64,000 bases of DNA, taken from NCBI GenBank assembly GCA_965235115.1, contig OZ249436.1:64108001-64172000 (forward strand), in the 5' to 3' direction. This DNA comes from Laetmonice hystrix (taxonomy: Eukaryota). Both the position numbers and the translations under genes were made by a program. Of the stretch, positions 12,070-24,599 are shown one piece after another (the first letter of the stretch is position 1; every line of letters starts with the position of its first letter). The notes below the pieces were generated by a model. That model did no database searches. It was not told the DNA's origin and saw nothing but the letters and a program-made list of their open reading frames with translations.

Positions 12070-12345
12070 CCAAGTCCCCCTGAAATACAGGTCCGACGGA
12101 CCTGCTTGCTAGTTATCCCCAAAGTATAAGTCCGACGGATCTGCATTCCGAGGACTTGAAGTCCGTGATGTTGTATTATGTAAATATTTCTTCATAATCC
12201 CATCCCTAATCATAACCTTAACCCTGACCCATTTGTATTTTGTATTTTATGTATTTTATATTTGTATTTTCTTAATTACATGTACATTGTCTTATACCAC
12301 GAAGTTGATGACCTTCATTCCGGCGGACTTACATTCCCTTCACAC
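12070..12345. mobile_element. Non-autonomous element relic (Helentron/HINE- or MITE-like)
   Basis: Perfect hairpin caggtccg-a-cggacctg (12088-12104), related gtccg/cggac motifs at about 12130, 12160 and 12320, aaccttaaccctgaccc motif and (tgtatt)n core. Family assignment is inference. Confidence 0.45.
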
Positions 12346-14320
12346 CTGTACCTATTTACTCCCTGTAACTGACATTGCCTTTTTCAAATAGTATTGGAAA
12401 ACCTTTGTAAGAGACTGTCACTCCAATTATTCTTCCTCTATAATGGACTCTATCTGCAAATGTTCTTTAGAAAAGTCTGCATTGGTTCACAAATGAGTGA
12501 AAACTCAAAGCTGAAACACTTTTCAAGATAGGAGAAGCTCACCATATGCCTGAACTCTGAACTTTTCTCCAGATTGTCCCAGAAAGAGCTTTTCAGACAG
12601 AATGCTTGCTGTTTCCCTATCAAGTATTTATGCCTTTTTTATACACCAGAAATCGTCTGTAAGAAAATACCTGTCAGTCACTTTGTCTGCCAAGACCTGA
12701 CACGTTAGCACCGGAAGTCCATTAAGTATCAATTTGCCACACTCTGCCCAGGCTGGATCAACGCCCTCCGGCCAGACAACCCTCAGCCTAGAAAGTCCAC
12801 ATCCGGCCCATGGAAACAAAGAACCCTAGAAACTTCCCCTGCCCTGCATGCACTTCTCTCTGCTGCTGCTGCTGTTGTAGCCGCATCCCTTCGCCCAGGT
12901 GGCTCCGACGCCACACGTGTTTTTGGTTTTCTTCCGCTTGAACCAACAAACCCGAAATGACAGCACCGTCTCAGGAATCCCCCTCCCAAACAAAGCTTTT
13001 GCAAAATCATCCAAACTGTCTTGTTTTTCTAGGGACGGGGATCCCAGAACATAGATTTTATGCTCAGCGCCATGCCTTTGTGCCGTGTGTATCTTCTTGT
13101 GACCAAGTTGATCATATTTCAAGGCATTGTTGGAAGACGAGATCAGGCATTGCATGGTTCCAGCTTTTAGAGTACACAAACTGGAGTAAACCAGGGTATT
13201 GGGTGGCACTTAAAAATGAACAACGGCAGAGTGTTCCGACTCGGGCCATCCGGCCTACGCACTGCATTGGACGACCAGTACATGTATTTTATAACAAAGG
13301 ACATTGTAGAAACCGAGTTCACTTCACACCCGATTACAGGAATATTACCACTGTCATATTGGGCTTGCTTCGATATCGGTGAGATTTGGGTGCCCAGGAT
13401 GGTAATGCCTCACTCTACCTTTCCTATTCCACCTCTCCCCTCGGCCAGACCAAAGCTCAGCCCGGGGTAGGAGCAACTCGGACAGTCGACACTTCTGACC
13501 CGGCCAATTCCCTCTTATCTTAGCAGGGCATAATTTCAATATCTGCGCCATTCGCAGGCAATTAAAACTTGCTTCAAACAGCGAATAGGGACGTTGTGCC
13601 AGTGGCTCGCCTTTGATCATGTGGCGTGCAGCATGTGGCGTGTGGCGAACACAGCCTCCTTACAGCCTCGAGGCAGGCTGAGAGTGTGGGTCACTCCAAC
13701 AGTTCACTCACTGTACTCTAAGGTCACCTCCAGGCAACGGGTTGGTGGTGCTACTTATGATGAACTTCAAAAGTCATGCCTAAATATTTCGTCACCTGAC
13801 TGGCACAACCCACTAACGTCTTAATAAATGTGCGTTATCCTGCTACGGTAACTCGATCACGAAAACAAAACGGTGGAAACTGTCACACGACAGTCAAACG
13901 ATCGAGTGTTTCCAGCACCTGGGCCCGCTGACCCAATGGTGAGCAATCCCGTCAACGACAATGAATCCATGAAAGAACTGGATTGCCGTTACTAGGACGC
14001 CTCCCTTCCCTTACTGCCACCATCCCGTGGCCATGCCAACGTTATTCCGGAATGCCCAAATCCTGTTCGGGAAATAGCCAGAGGGCAGGCACGTGGACCA
14101 GGTGGCCATAGCAACCACTGCCTGCCCAAAACAGGGCCCCATGTTCTAGGTTTATATCTCAACATAAACACATCCCTTGCTAGGACGACGGTGACTGTGT
14201 CCCTTGTTTAGGCAACAACTAGGTCAGCTCCTCTTTGTAATTCACCCCTAAATGCCTGTAAATTGAGCGCTAAAATGCACAATTCGCCAAAAAGGGGACG
14301 GAAATGGAATCACTACTTGA

Positions 14321-14370
14321 AGCAACCGGAGTACTCGGAAAATATCATTGAACTTGCAGCAAGTAACTGA
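14321..14370 (-). mobile_element. Degenerate fragment of a tRNA-derived SINE body
   Basis: caaccggagtactcggaaaatatc...aacttgcagcaagtaactga resembles the accggagtacccggagaaaacc...gacctgccgcaagtcactga segment I recall from marine-invertebrate (bivalve-type) SINEs. Confidence 0.4.
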
Positions 14371-16911
14371 TATGGTATATGGTATAAATTTGGAGCGACG
14401 AAGTTGGAGTTAGATCAGAAAACTATGGTTAAACCAATCATTCGGTCACCAAACTATTTTTTGTTGTGATCCAGCATTGCTGCTGTCAGACCGTGCTCTG
14501 TCCTTTAAACTTTGTTTGGCTTGTGAGCATCCCATAACACCTATGTACTGTAGTACGACATCACTGCACCCTGCCTGCTGGCCAAGAGAATTCTCATTAC
14601 AGCAATCATCGGCCCGAGTAGGCAGACTCAGTACCGACTCTGTACCCCAATGGAGAGGTTATTCTAGGCAGTCACCAGGCGGCTATATGTCAGAATCAAG
14701 CTGTTAGCGGGGGCTCCAATCCTGTTAACAGATGCCAGTCTGGCCAACTATCCTCCTGGTCACTCCAATCTAGGTCTAAGTGGCCCGGGGTACATTTCCA
14801 TGGGGTTCCACCGCTAGGTTCCGGACTTCCCGCCATAACTCGACACCACACGTAGCGGGGATTTTGGTACAAATACATCACCGAATGTGCTGATAACACG
14901 AAAATACAGCCGGCAGATCATGACGGATGTGTTCTTTCACTTTAAATTTTGGCTTGATACCGGCCTTGTTTATATAACAAATGCACAAGTATAGGTAAAT
15001 AGAGCATGTCTAGTGTAGGTGTATGTGAATACTTGATTCAAGTCCATACAATACAACCAATTTGACCTTTCATATCTCATCTGAAGACATAATCACAGAC
15101 ATGGGGGCTGTGTGAAAGTGAAGCCTAGAACAAACACATTCTGAAGCAGGCGGCGGGCCGCCTACCCTTTACCTAGCCACACCACCGTTTCCGACCTCCC
15201 GTTGGGTTGTGGGGGTTGGGTCTCCGGCCCCTCACCTCTGGGGCACCGGCCCCCCGGCCAACCGCTGGGCCTTGATATGAAATATGACCGTGGGCCGTCA
15301 TCCGGGGTTTGTCGGCACACCGGGGCGCCATCTATCAGTCGGGACACTGACCACTGGGGCCACGGGATCATTACAACCCCACCCCTTACCCGCAAACCCC
15401 TGGATCTGAGGCCCATCTCTGTATGAGGTCTACATGCATACATAGTACACATGTATCTGATTGTTTTCACATACTTCTCCACAAACACGTGGCTTGTTAA
15501 TAGTGACCCCGTCAACCCTCGTTAATCCGTGCCCTTTTCCAAACCTTTCCACCGGGTTCCACCCTCAACGCTGAATGACTTGAACAGCTCCGTCCATACC
15601 ATGAATTCCTGAACAGTTAGAGATCCATACATATCGATTTCGCATCTGGTTACCGTTTTTATCATTTCTTAGCAGATGTGTCAATATTTCACGGCTAGGA
15701 CCGGTATTTCCATACGTGAATACATCACGCCATTGTTACTTTGCCCTCGTACAGTTTATTAGGTAGCCCGGCCAGAGGATGTAAGTATATAAACAACGCA
15801 CGCATCTTGATGCCGTCCACCTAGAAGTTTTTGGGTCTCTCCTGCCTCGGCGTATATGGATCTGAATTAATCGTTTAACAGATTACAACAAATATCTCAG
15901 CTATAATTCTACACGACGGAACAATATCCAATGTCACAATCCAAAAATAACTGAGATCAAAGCACAGAAGCTGCCAATAACGATACTTCAGAGAGGTAGC
16001 GATTTGTTTTTATGGAGACATCACAGAGATGACAATAACATCATTCATTGATTTCTCCTAGCTGTATTCACAAGGTTGTTATAATGACAAACGAACAGCA
16101 CCGACAGGAGTTGACAAGCACCAAACAGTGGGCCACCCCGAAACACCAACAGCTCCCGCCGGAGCCAAGCAACCCTGTTTGCTTTCTCTCATATTTCTCA
16201 CAATAATCCAAAGTGCTCATAACCCTGGACAAGTGGCCCCGTTGTGTTTATTATTTCACATGATGACCACCTTCATCCTAGTGAACCCCGCAGCAATCGT
16301 GGGTTCATGTGTACCACTCTGGCAGAGGTTAGTTGGAGTATACCCCTCCAACCACCAACAGACAACTGCAGGATCGTTTACACAACGTCCTTACATACAC
16401 ACATCAATATTTTGGCACCATCACTGGAGACTTATCGGCCGAAACCCATGGGAAAACGCCGCAGGAATGAAAACGTCAATATTACGTTTTGGATATAGAA
16501 TGCGTTTTCTTGTACAAGTCAGTATTTTGGACACTGACGCCGTATCATGGTGCTAGGTCTTTCTGTCAATAACACACTGTTTGGGTTTGACACCTTACGT
16601 TTGACAAACACCGTGGCAACAATAACTTGTAAAAGGCCCTTATCGGACGAAAGCTATGTGCCCAGAATGAGATGGGGTGGCAACCAGATAACAAGTAAGC
16701 GCATTAATTCTGACCGAAGCTCTGTGAATCCCAACTTATAGGAATATACACTCAGTGACGTGGACACTTTAGATTCACATTCTGTATTCATATTGAAAAT
16801 CTTCTGCTACGAGGGTTAGCCTAATGTTAACCGTTTCTATACCACAAGAGTTTAACACTGGTTGCACCTGAAGGAACACGTGTCAAACCCCGAATATGTT
16901 ATGCTGCTTAC

Positions 16912-16964
16912 CTCGTGAGCTCTTTAACAACATTTTTCCAAATCTTGCTGCTATCTTGATCCAT
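16912..16964 (-). CDS. Candidate alternative first coding exon MDQDSSKIWKNVVKELT(R)
   Basis: ATG at 16964, open to donor GAG/gtaagc in phase 2; amphipathic spacing of I/W/V/V/L. Confidence 0.5.
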
Positions 16965-19146
16965 ACTTTATAAGCTGTTTATGATGATTTCTGTTGGCTC
17001 TCACACATCCCATCGCTCACCGGACTAAGGTTCGCATGGTCCCGTACTCCACTGACGAGGAAGCACCCGTGATGATATGCCATTCTCAATCCTCATGGTT
17101 TCCACAACTCAGCAGCTCCAACTCTAACCACCTACTGTTCCCTTGCAGACCAATTCAGGGTTCCACTCTCCGACCAGGACCGACTATAAACCCTCCAATC
17201 AGCAGGCGTTCAGCTTGGTAAGAGATCCAATGTTAAACATGTGCTACTTCCGGCCTTTATCATTTCCATGGTAGAGCCACTTCGGGAGTTAATTTTCCAA
17301 TGGGGGGGGGGGGGGCAGAGTGAACATTGACCAGGATCTAGATAACGCACAAATACAGTTCCATTTCCTCTTTCCTCCATGTCATTATTATAAATCATCA
17401 AAATTGCGAGGGCGCAATATATTTGGTTTAGGAAATGACCGAATTTTTAGATCAATAAAATTTTTAAAAAGTGATGAACACTGCGATATTGATGTGTCCC
17501 AAATATGCTTATCTGCCCTACGATAATATCTGATAAGTAGAGTTGGTGAGGCAGTGCCTGTCAGAAACCGCCTGTCATTCACCACATTTATCTGCCCAAT
17601 GATAGGCACCGTGACCTTGTGAAAACGGTCCCCCCAACCATGGCTCGCCTTTTGAAACCGAACCAAGTGGTAATAGAACTTTGTAAGAACACTTCCTGCC
17701 TCCAAGACCTCCCGCTCCATTTACCACTTGGCACTCAGCGAGACAATAACTTGGAAGGAAGCTTACCTCTTATGTTTACCCCCGTTCTAAACATATAACC
17801 TACATGTTTACATGGCTAACCTGAGAACTTGAACCGTACAGGATGGGTGAACAATAGGCCTAATCTACCCCTATGATTGGTCATGTAGCCGAGAAACGCA
17901 CGCTGCTCGATAAGGGATTGCACAGACAATGTTCCCAGTGATCTCAATTAATGAAGCTTCTACACGAAACGGGGGCAGACCTGGAAATGTACAGCAGCAA
18001 CGTTTCACATCTGTTTCCCAAACCGTAGTGCAAATAATTTCCTTTGACCAGATTCCTAAAATTAATTCTGAGACAGCCACAGCAATACATAAGTTATACT
18101 TTGCCTAGCTTGCAGTTGGTGTAATTTTGATCAGTCCAAATAAACCTTCAATACACTGGCCTGTTGATTGGTATGATCAGAGGAAGTTTAAGGTTATGGG
18201 TACAAGATCTCTGTCAAGTGGTTTCTTATCTTGGCCCCTCTCAGTTCAAGAAATCACTCTTCGATTCATACACCTGGCACAATGTACTGGCAGTATTGTA
18301 GGGTAAAGATTATTTTCCGATCTCGGACCTATATTGCTCTATATGAATGCTAGGTTATCTTGTGTGGAATTACATCGACCACTCTCACTACCACAACACT
18401 GATAGATTAGCCAATCGATATGTTGATCATCATCTCGGTGCCTCATCTACAGCCGATCTCAATTTATGCAGCCCAACTAAATTACCTCCATATATGATGG
18501 AAACGCTCCATACACGACAATGCTGACTTTAGCATTGCTGCACAATCACTTGCTCGAGCCTGCGACATTCAAGATCGACCTGCCCACTCGCTATGTGTTG
18601 TATTGATGAGAAGGGAGACCAGCGCACTACAAAGAGGTTAGAGCAATTCTGCCGGGTAATTCAGTGGGCCCATTGATCTGAAACCAATTTTCAGAAGTCG
18701 CACAATATTACCGCATGCTACTTACTAAACATCTAAATTGCAGCTACACTTCACACCACTGCCTCAGCCTACAAACTTCAAGGGCCGGTAGGGCCTAATA
18801 TGTAACAGACGAGCTGGCTGACCTTTATGCTAGGCCACCCTGGGGTTATCCCCCCTCCCCCCGAGATTCCAACCCCTCAGCGTACCCCAATTTACTAATA
18901 GCAACGAGACTTCTTGCTAATAGTAAGGCATGAAGGATAGCTGCCTGGCATTCTGACCCGGAACCCGTTTTACCGCCAGCACTGCCCACTGCCCCCCTAC
19001 CAGTCCCAGGGGGACTGAACTGGCTGACGTCCCCTCGTAGGATGCTCACCCTGCCGACACAGAACCATGGTAGTTCTACGGTGCACGCCATCGTCGCTAG
19101 TCCGCTAAAACTACGTTAGGGCTTATCTGCCTATCTCTATACTTAC

Positions 19147-19223
19147 CAGTTGGTATGACCCTTCCATCCATACACCGTCAGGCATTCCCTCAGCAACACA
19201 TCCAGATCTACATCCAGAGACAT
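19147..19223 (-). CDS. Candidate alternative first coding exon MSLDVDLDVLLRECLTVYGWKGHTN(W)
   Basis: ATG at 19223; donor CTG/gtaagt in phase 2; the same frame is stop-free for about 100 codons upstream of the donor, so the exon may start earlier. Confidence 0.5.
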
Positions 19224-22200
19224 TCCGGGTTTTTTCTTTTTGGAAACAATCCCAATCACATGCACCTCCACAACCAGAAACTCTGTATCAAAATCAGTCT
19301 CAGCCTTCTCTTTTTCAAGTCCAACACCGATATTCCGATAATCCACCGTTACACCTGTTGTCTGTGCAGCTGGTGAAAGCCGGCGGGACCAATAATAAAA
19401 TCCACTGGTTTCAGCAACAGCAGCTGTGTGCTGTACCGTGCCACTAGGATTGGCCTGACATCAATTCAAACGTACCGAGTTATTGAATAGATGACCAGAA
19501 ACTATTATCTGATTCACCAGTAGGCTTACGTAGGTATAGACTGCAACGTGCCTATTTCACATACCTCGCATCCATTCTGCTCGGGTATGACTGGTCGCCG
19601 TACAACTCCTTCATAACTCCAATGTTTGATCCTGATGCCGAGGATGATGATACCAACACCAAGGCATTCTCTCCGTGTACAAGTCAAGACTGACCGACTT
19701 GACTATCCCGCAGTCTATGCCCAGCTGATCGTCACACGTGCCAACGCGGCCTCCCTCCCTCACACAGCACCGTAACTGACAGTGACGGAGGCGCCTGCAG
19801 CCACCCAGCCAGCCAGCTTGCCTGTGCCCTCCACCCAGTCGCCAGGCAGGGCTGTTGGTCCGTGTCGGGGAGGGACAGTGCCTGGTAAGAGGCCCCCGCT
19901 CCATCCCACCCACCAAGTCCCAAGGACTGCCTCAAGACAGCGGGAGTCCAGGGACTGGCAACATTAAAGTGGCCAGACCTGAGTTCCGCCGGGCGGGGCT
20001 TCATGTGCCGTTCGTCCATCCATTCTACTCGGGAGGGTGTAATCTATAGAACGTATGACATAACTAAACGGAATCGTTTCAAGCTTGAGTTGGTCAGTTC
20101 TATCTCGGCTGGCAATCTGATTACCATAGCTCCACGCTTTAATCAGAGTTGTTACATCTCGCCGTGGCCCGCCTCTTCACTGAAACCCAAGGCGATCTCC
20201 TATCTCAGTTATCAACATCACCTCGCCACAGAGAAATACCTGCAGCTATTATGATTGTATCATCAACGTTATAAAATTAACCGTCCAATACGAACCCCTC
20301 TTGTGTATTATTAGCCGTCAGTCCGTTCCCACACAAAGCTCAAGCCTGAGGCAGCCTCAGCAGACAATGGGGGAATATACACGCTTTCCTACCCCGCACA
20401 CAACAAACGTCAACAACCATTGGATAGTCAATGAAACCAGACAGGTGGTCTAAGGTTAGGAAATCACCTTGAGGGTCAGTCAGCTCGGTCTAGGCTCTCA
20501 CTGGAGATCAGTGACAGTCAGTGACCGAGTAATTACGACCCTCAAGTTGAGTGACATCAACTTATGAGGCAGTAAAAGTGCTAATTAAAGTGTATTTTAC
20601 TCTATGACAATACGGACGGGCTCCTTCGTACAGAAACCGAAAGAGTAGCACTGATTGTCTCAGAGACCCCTGAATTGACCCGCAACTCGCCGCAGATACT
20701 GGGGTATGTCTTCCTTCAGAATCAATGCTCTTCTCTTTTATTATGGATAAAAACTTCTTAATGTGTTTACATTATTGATTAGGACGGAATCTGGTCTGGG
20801 ACCAATGATAATAATCTGTCCAAGGTCTGACCAGCAGGTCCAGTTATCTTGGTTTCCCGCACTGGTGTCGAAGCACAGGTTTTATGATCCTCTATGCCAC
20901 AAAATGTCTGGCCTACATGGGTCTACTCGTACACTTCTGGACGCGTCTAATTGGGACGCGTCCATTTGGGATGACACCCTTATATACAGGTCTATCAATC
21001 TAAACAAATCTTCCCTGGTCCAACAAAAGGTTACTTCCAAACTAGCTTTCTCCTAACTTCAAGAACTGTAGTCTTAAAGGTTATTTCTCATCTTCTTGGG
21101 CTGAGAAATTCCCCAGTCTCTACTGAATCCCTCCCTGGCCCCAACAACTGAGTATCGCTTGCTCTGTACTAGTGCACGTCCTGATGGCATCTTGGATTCT
21201 TACATCAATCATGGTCTTCAATATCTCGTCTTTATTTATCGCTTGGCACTGATGAATTCTGCTATCTCCATTGACGCCCCGTCTCTACCGTTATATTCCA
21301 TACAAAGCTATAGCCCCATACGAACCCATTTCATCCGAACAGCTCCTCCTAATCAAGGAACAAGGATAGGATGACGAAGGGTTGTGAAAAAAGTAGGGAA
21401 GTACCAAGTTGGGAGGGGTACACGGGATGAGGGAACCATGCCCCCTCCCCACCCCATCCCCTCCACCCAGTACCAGGGTCATGAGGTGCTTCCCCCGCCG
21501 CGGGGGTCGTCCCACGGATTCACGTCACCACCTCTGCCGTGGGGGAGGCTGGTGATGGGTCATTATTCCAACAACCTAAACCACACCACGTCACTGTTTG
21601 GATATCATATCCGTTAGCAACACGTCTTAATCACTTCCCAAAATCTTACCTTTTTTTGGTTGGATTGTTTTGAGGCGGGAGAGGTAAACTTCAAGGGAAA
21701 GAAAATATCCTGCAACCAACCCTAAAAAACCAGCGCCGCCGTTTAAGAATACGTTAGCATATACCATAACATATATTTGGTCTCCGAATTCTAAAAAAAG
21801 GGAATCTAAATTTCGGAATTGTGTTGGCTGTTACTACTAGCGATGCACTGGACGACAAATCGGGCAAGCCAAAGTTATGGGTATTTCACTGCAGTGTTTT
21901 TGTTTTCCGTCCTGTCGAGGCGTTGGGTAGGAATGTGCTTATCAATGGATAACACTTTATAAATCAATGGAATGTTGGAGCAGAGATAATCCTCTCAGAA
22001 TAATACTCGAGATTATGGTAACCTACATTCTACATTCAGGCAAATATTCCAGAGATTTAAATCTCGAAATATGATATGGATTTTCTGATGTTTTTCTTGC
22101 ATAAACACGCAGCTATTTTGGGGGACTCGAATGTCATTCTTGACATTCTGGTACCGACATAATCCAATGTTGCCAGGCGCTCTGTCCTCTCAATAATCAT

Positions 22201-24381
22201 TCAAATCGTCCGTAATGCTCGATTCAAAATAACTTTTATACAACACAGGATATTTTTACCATCCCTCTCAAAACACCTCCATGCGTTCAGTGTTCGGACA
22301 TGTAATTTCAATTCTGGATCAGTTTTGCACATTTAAACATCATGACTGTAATTTGGACAAAAGCAAAAACATCGTCAAATACATTAGCTGTGAGAGGCAC
22401 TCGCTGTACAGTCCATCATCGAAACAATAAAAACAACGAGTAAGATACTTTGATATTTGATCAAACTGGTCTTAATAGCATAAAGGAGCCATGCAGGGCA
22501 TTCCCTGCAACCACGCTAGTGTTATTTGAATGAAAAACAACACGACTTTATGTTTAAGTCAGCTTTTCTTGGAAAGCAGTAACTGATGGATGTGGCACAA
22601 ACCATCACTTTTTGTTGTTCCACCGTAATGTCACAAACTGTTGACCTTTATGTAGGTCACACCTTTTTGTCATAAGTCCCAACACTTTATCCCGCATGGA
22701 CTCTCACGAACTGTAACTGTTTCTTCGAATAAGCACGAATGAATGGGAAACTTCCAAGTTTTTGTTCTTGTTTGCATGTTTTCCCATGGAAATCATTCTC
22801 CTGGCCATCTGGTTGTCGTATCTGCAGCTGTGGAGCCTTGTAAACGTGTTATCGCGGTTACGAAATCATAGCAGACTAGAGAACACCGTCAAACTGTCCA
22901 CGAGATACAAGTATATCGTGATTACTGGTCTAAATGAGGCCCTGTCCTAGACAAACATAGCCCTAATACTCATGGACCCCCGTTAACTGTGTGTGTATCT
23001 TATCTTTTGTTTTTATATATTATCACTTCCCTGGTGTGGATTCTGACGGTATCCGTCAATGACTCTTGGAAAACGCACTAAGTTTAGTAACAAGGCCAAG
23101 GTGTTTTCAAGGCGCCACATGCCCAGTGAAGTACGTGTACCCCTTTGATTGCGCAAGCATTTTTCTGAATTTGCACTGCTCAGACGCTGTCATAATAAAT
23201 AGCGCACGTTCCCAAGATCTTAGACGAAAACAATGTGAGAAACATGTGGTTTTCGTAAGCAGAAGCACAAGGATAAGTGTCCGTTATCTTCATATTGACA
23301 GTGGAGCCACGCCCCATGTCAAAACTCACAGTATGGCGCGTGTAACGAGTAAATATAGGATTACAAGTGAAGTCGGGTAGTACCGCAGCGATACCCCAGG
23401 GGGCGCCACGCTCTACGGGTGGCAGCATGTGTATGAGAATGTACCGAACCCTGGGGAAACCCTATCATCAATTCCCGAAACAATTGCTCTCAACAGCTGA
23501 TATTCTGATATTATTCATTAAGATGCTATTTACTTGAACAGCAATTATTACATAGAAATAATGGTTAACATTACTGAATTATCGCATACAATGACCGCTG
23601 AAAACATTTCGTACAAACGGCCAAAATTTATTGATGTCCACTTGGAGAGAAGCATGTGTTATTTATCACCTCTGGTGTCAGCGAGCAGGATCGGGATGAT
23701 CCAACAACCACCAAGTGGATCACTACCACGTCCATCCGACCCGTGGTTCTATTACAAAATCCAAGGGTTCGTTACTGGCCCATGACTCACGTGTTCCAAT
23801 AGATTTTTATATGTCTAAACCTTACGCACATCCAGGCGACACATGTCTACGCTACTGACAGAGAACAACTGTCCTCCGCGCTGTTATACCCTATAACACA
23901 GTGTGAATTCACACATACCTAAACCTCAATTAGTATTACTCAGTAATGAGCCACTCTGCCTTGCTGTGTAGGTGCCAGCCAAGATCCCACCGACAGATAA
24001 CCAACCAGTCCAACCAACCTGAATAGGCAGGATAACTAGGCTGTTCCGCGGCATCACCCCTATTTATTCTGGTTGAATACACCCCCATTACCATCCATTA
24101 TCGGACAGCGGCTCACTCAGGCCAAGGAAAGTATCTCCACATCACACCCTGGTCGTATTCCTTCAGCTGCATACCACGGCCGGCTGTAGGACGGTTTACA
24201 ACGAATTACATAATGACATGACCTCAGGATCTAACCCTAACAAATGATTGCGGGCCGCCTGACAAATTGCTGGGTGATCTGTTATCAATGGGACTCCCAC
24301 CCACAGGATCTCTAACCACAAAGTCTGAACACTGGGATGTCTCCATCAACCTGTCTGTCACCACGTACACACTCTGCATAC

Positions 24382-24599
24382 CTTTCATACAATCTCATTA
24401 AGTCATCAGTGACGCTAGCTCTGCAGCCAGGAATAGATACCTTACAGCAATAATCATGTCTTGTCTTTATATGCCAACGTACCAAACAACAAAAAATGTG
24501 TACTGGTTGAAAACGGATCGTTAGCAGACATTGCACAATTTGAATTAACCCAAAGAGACAACACACCCATTGTCCGAGAAATCCTTTTAATGATGACAT
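24382..24599 (-). CDS. Candidate alternative first coding exon, 72-aa Cys-rich hydrophobic N-terminus
   Basis: ATG at 24599; MSSLKGFLGQWVCCLFGLIQIVQCLLTIRFQPVHIFCCLVRWHIKTRHDYCCKVSIPGCRASVTDDLMRLYE(R); donor AAG/gtatgc in phase 2. Confidence 0.55.

Noticed and set aside
21650-21709. 60-nt unit with good acceptor and donor on the minus strand
   Set aside because: It has a stop in the phase-2 frame needed for a cassette; at most a UTR exon, unsupported.
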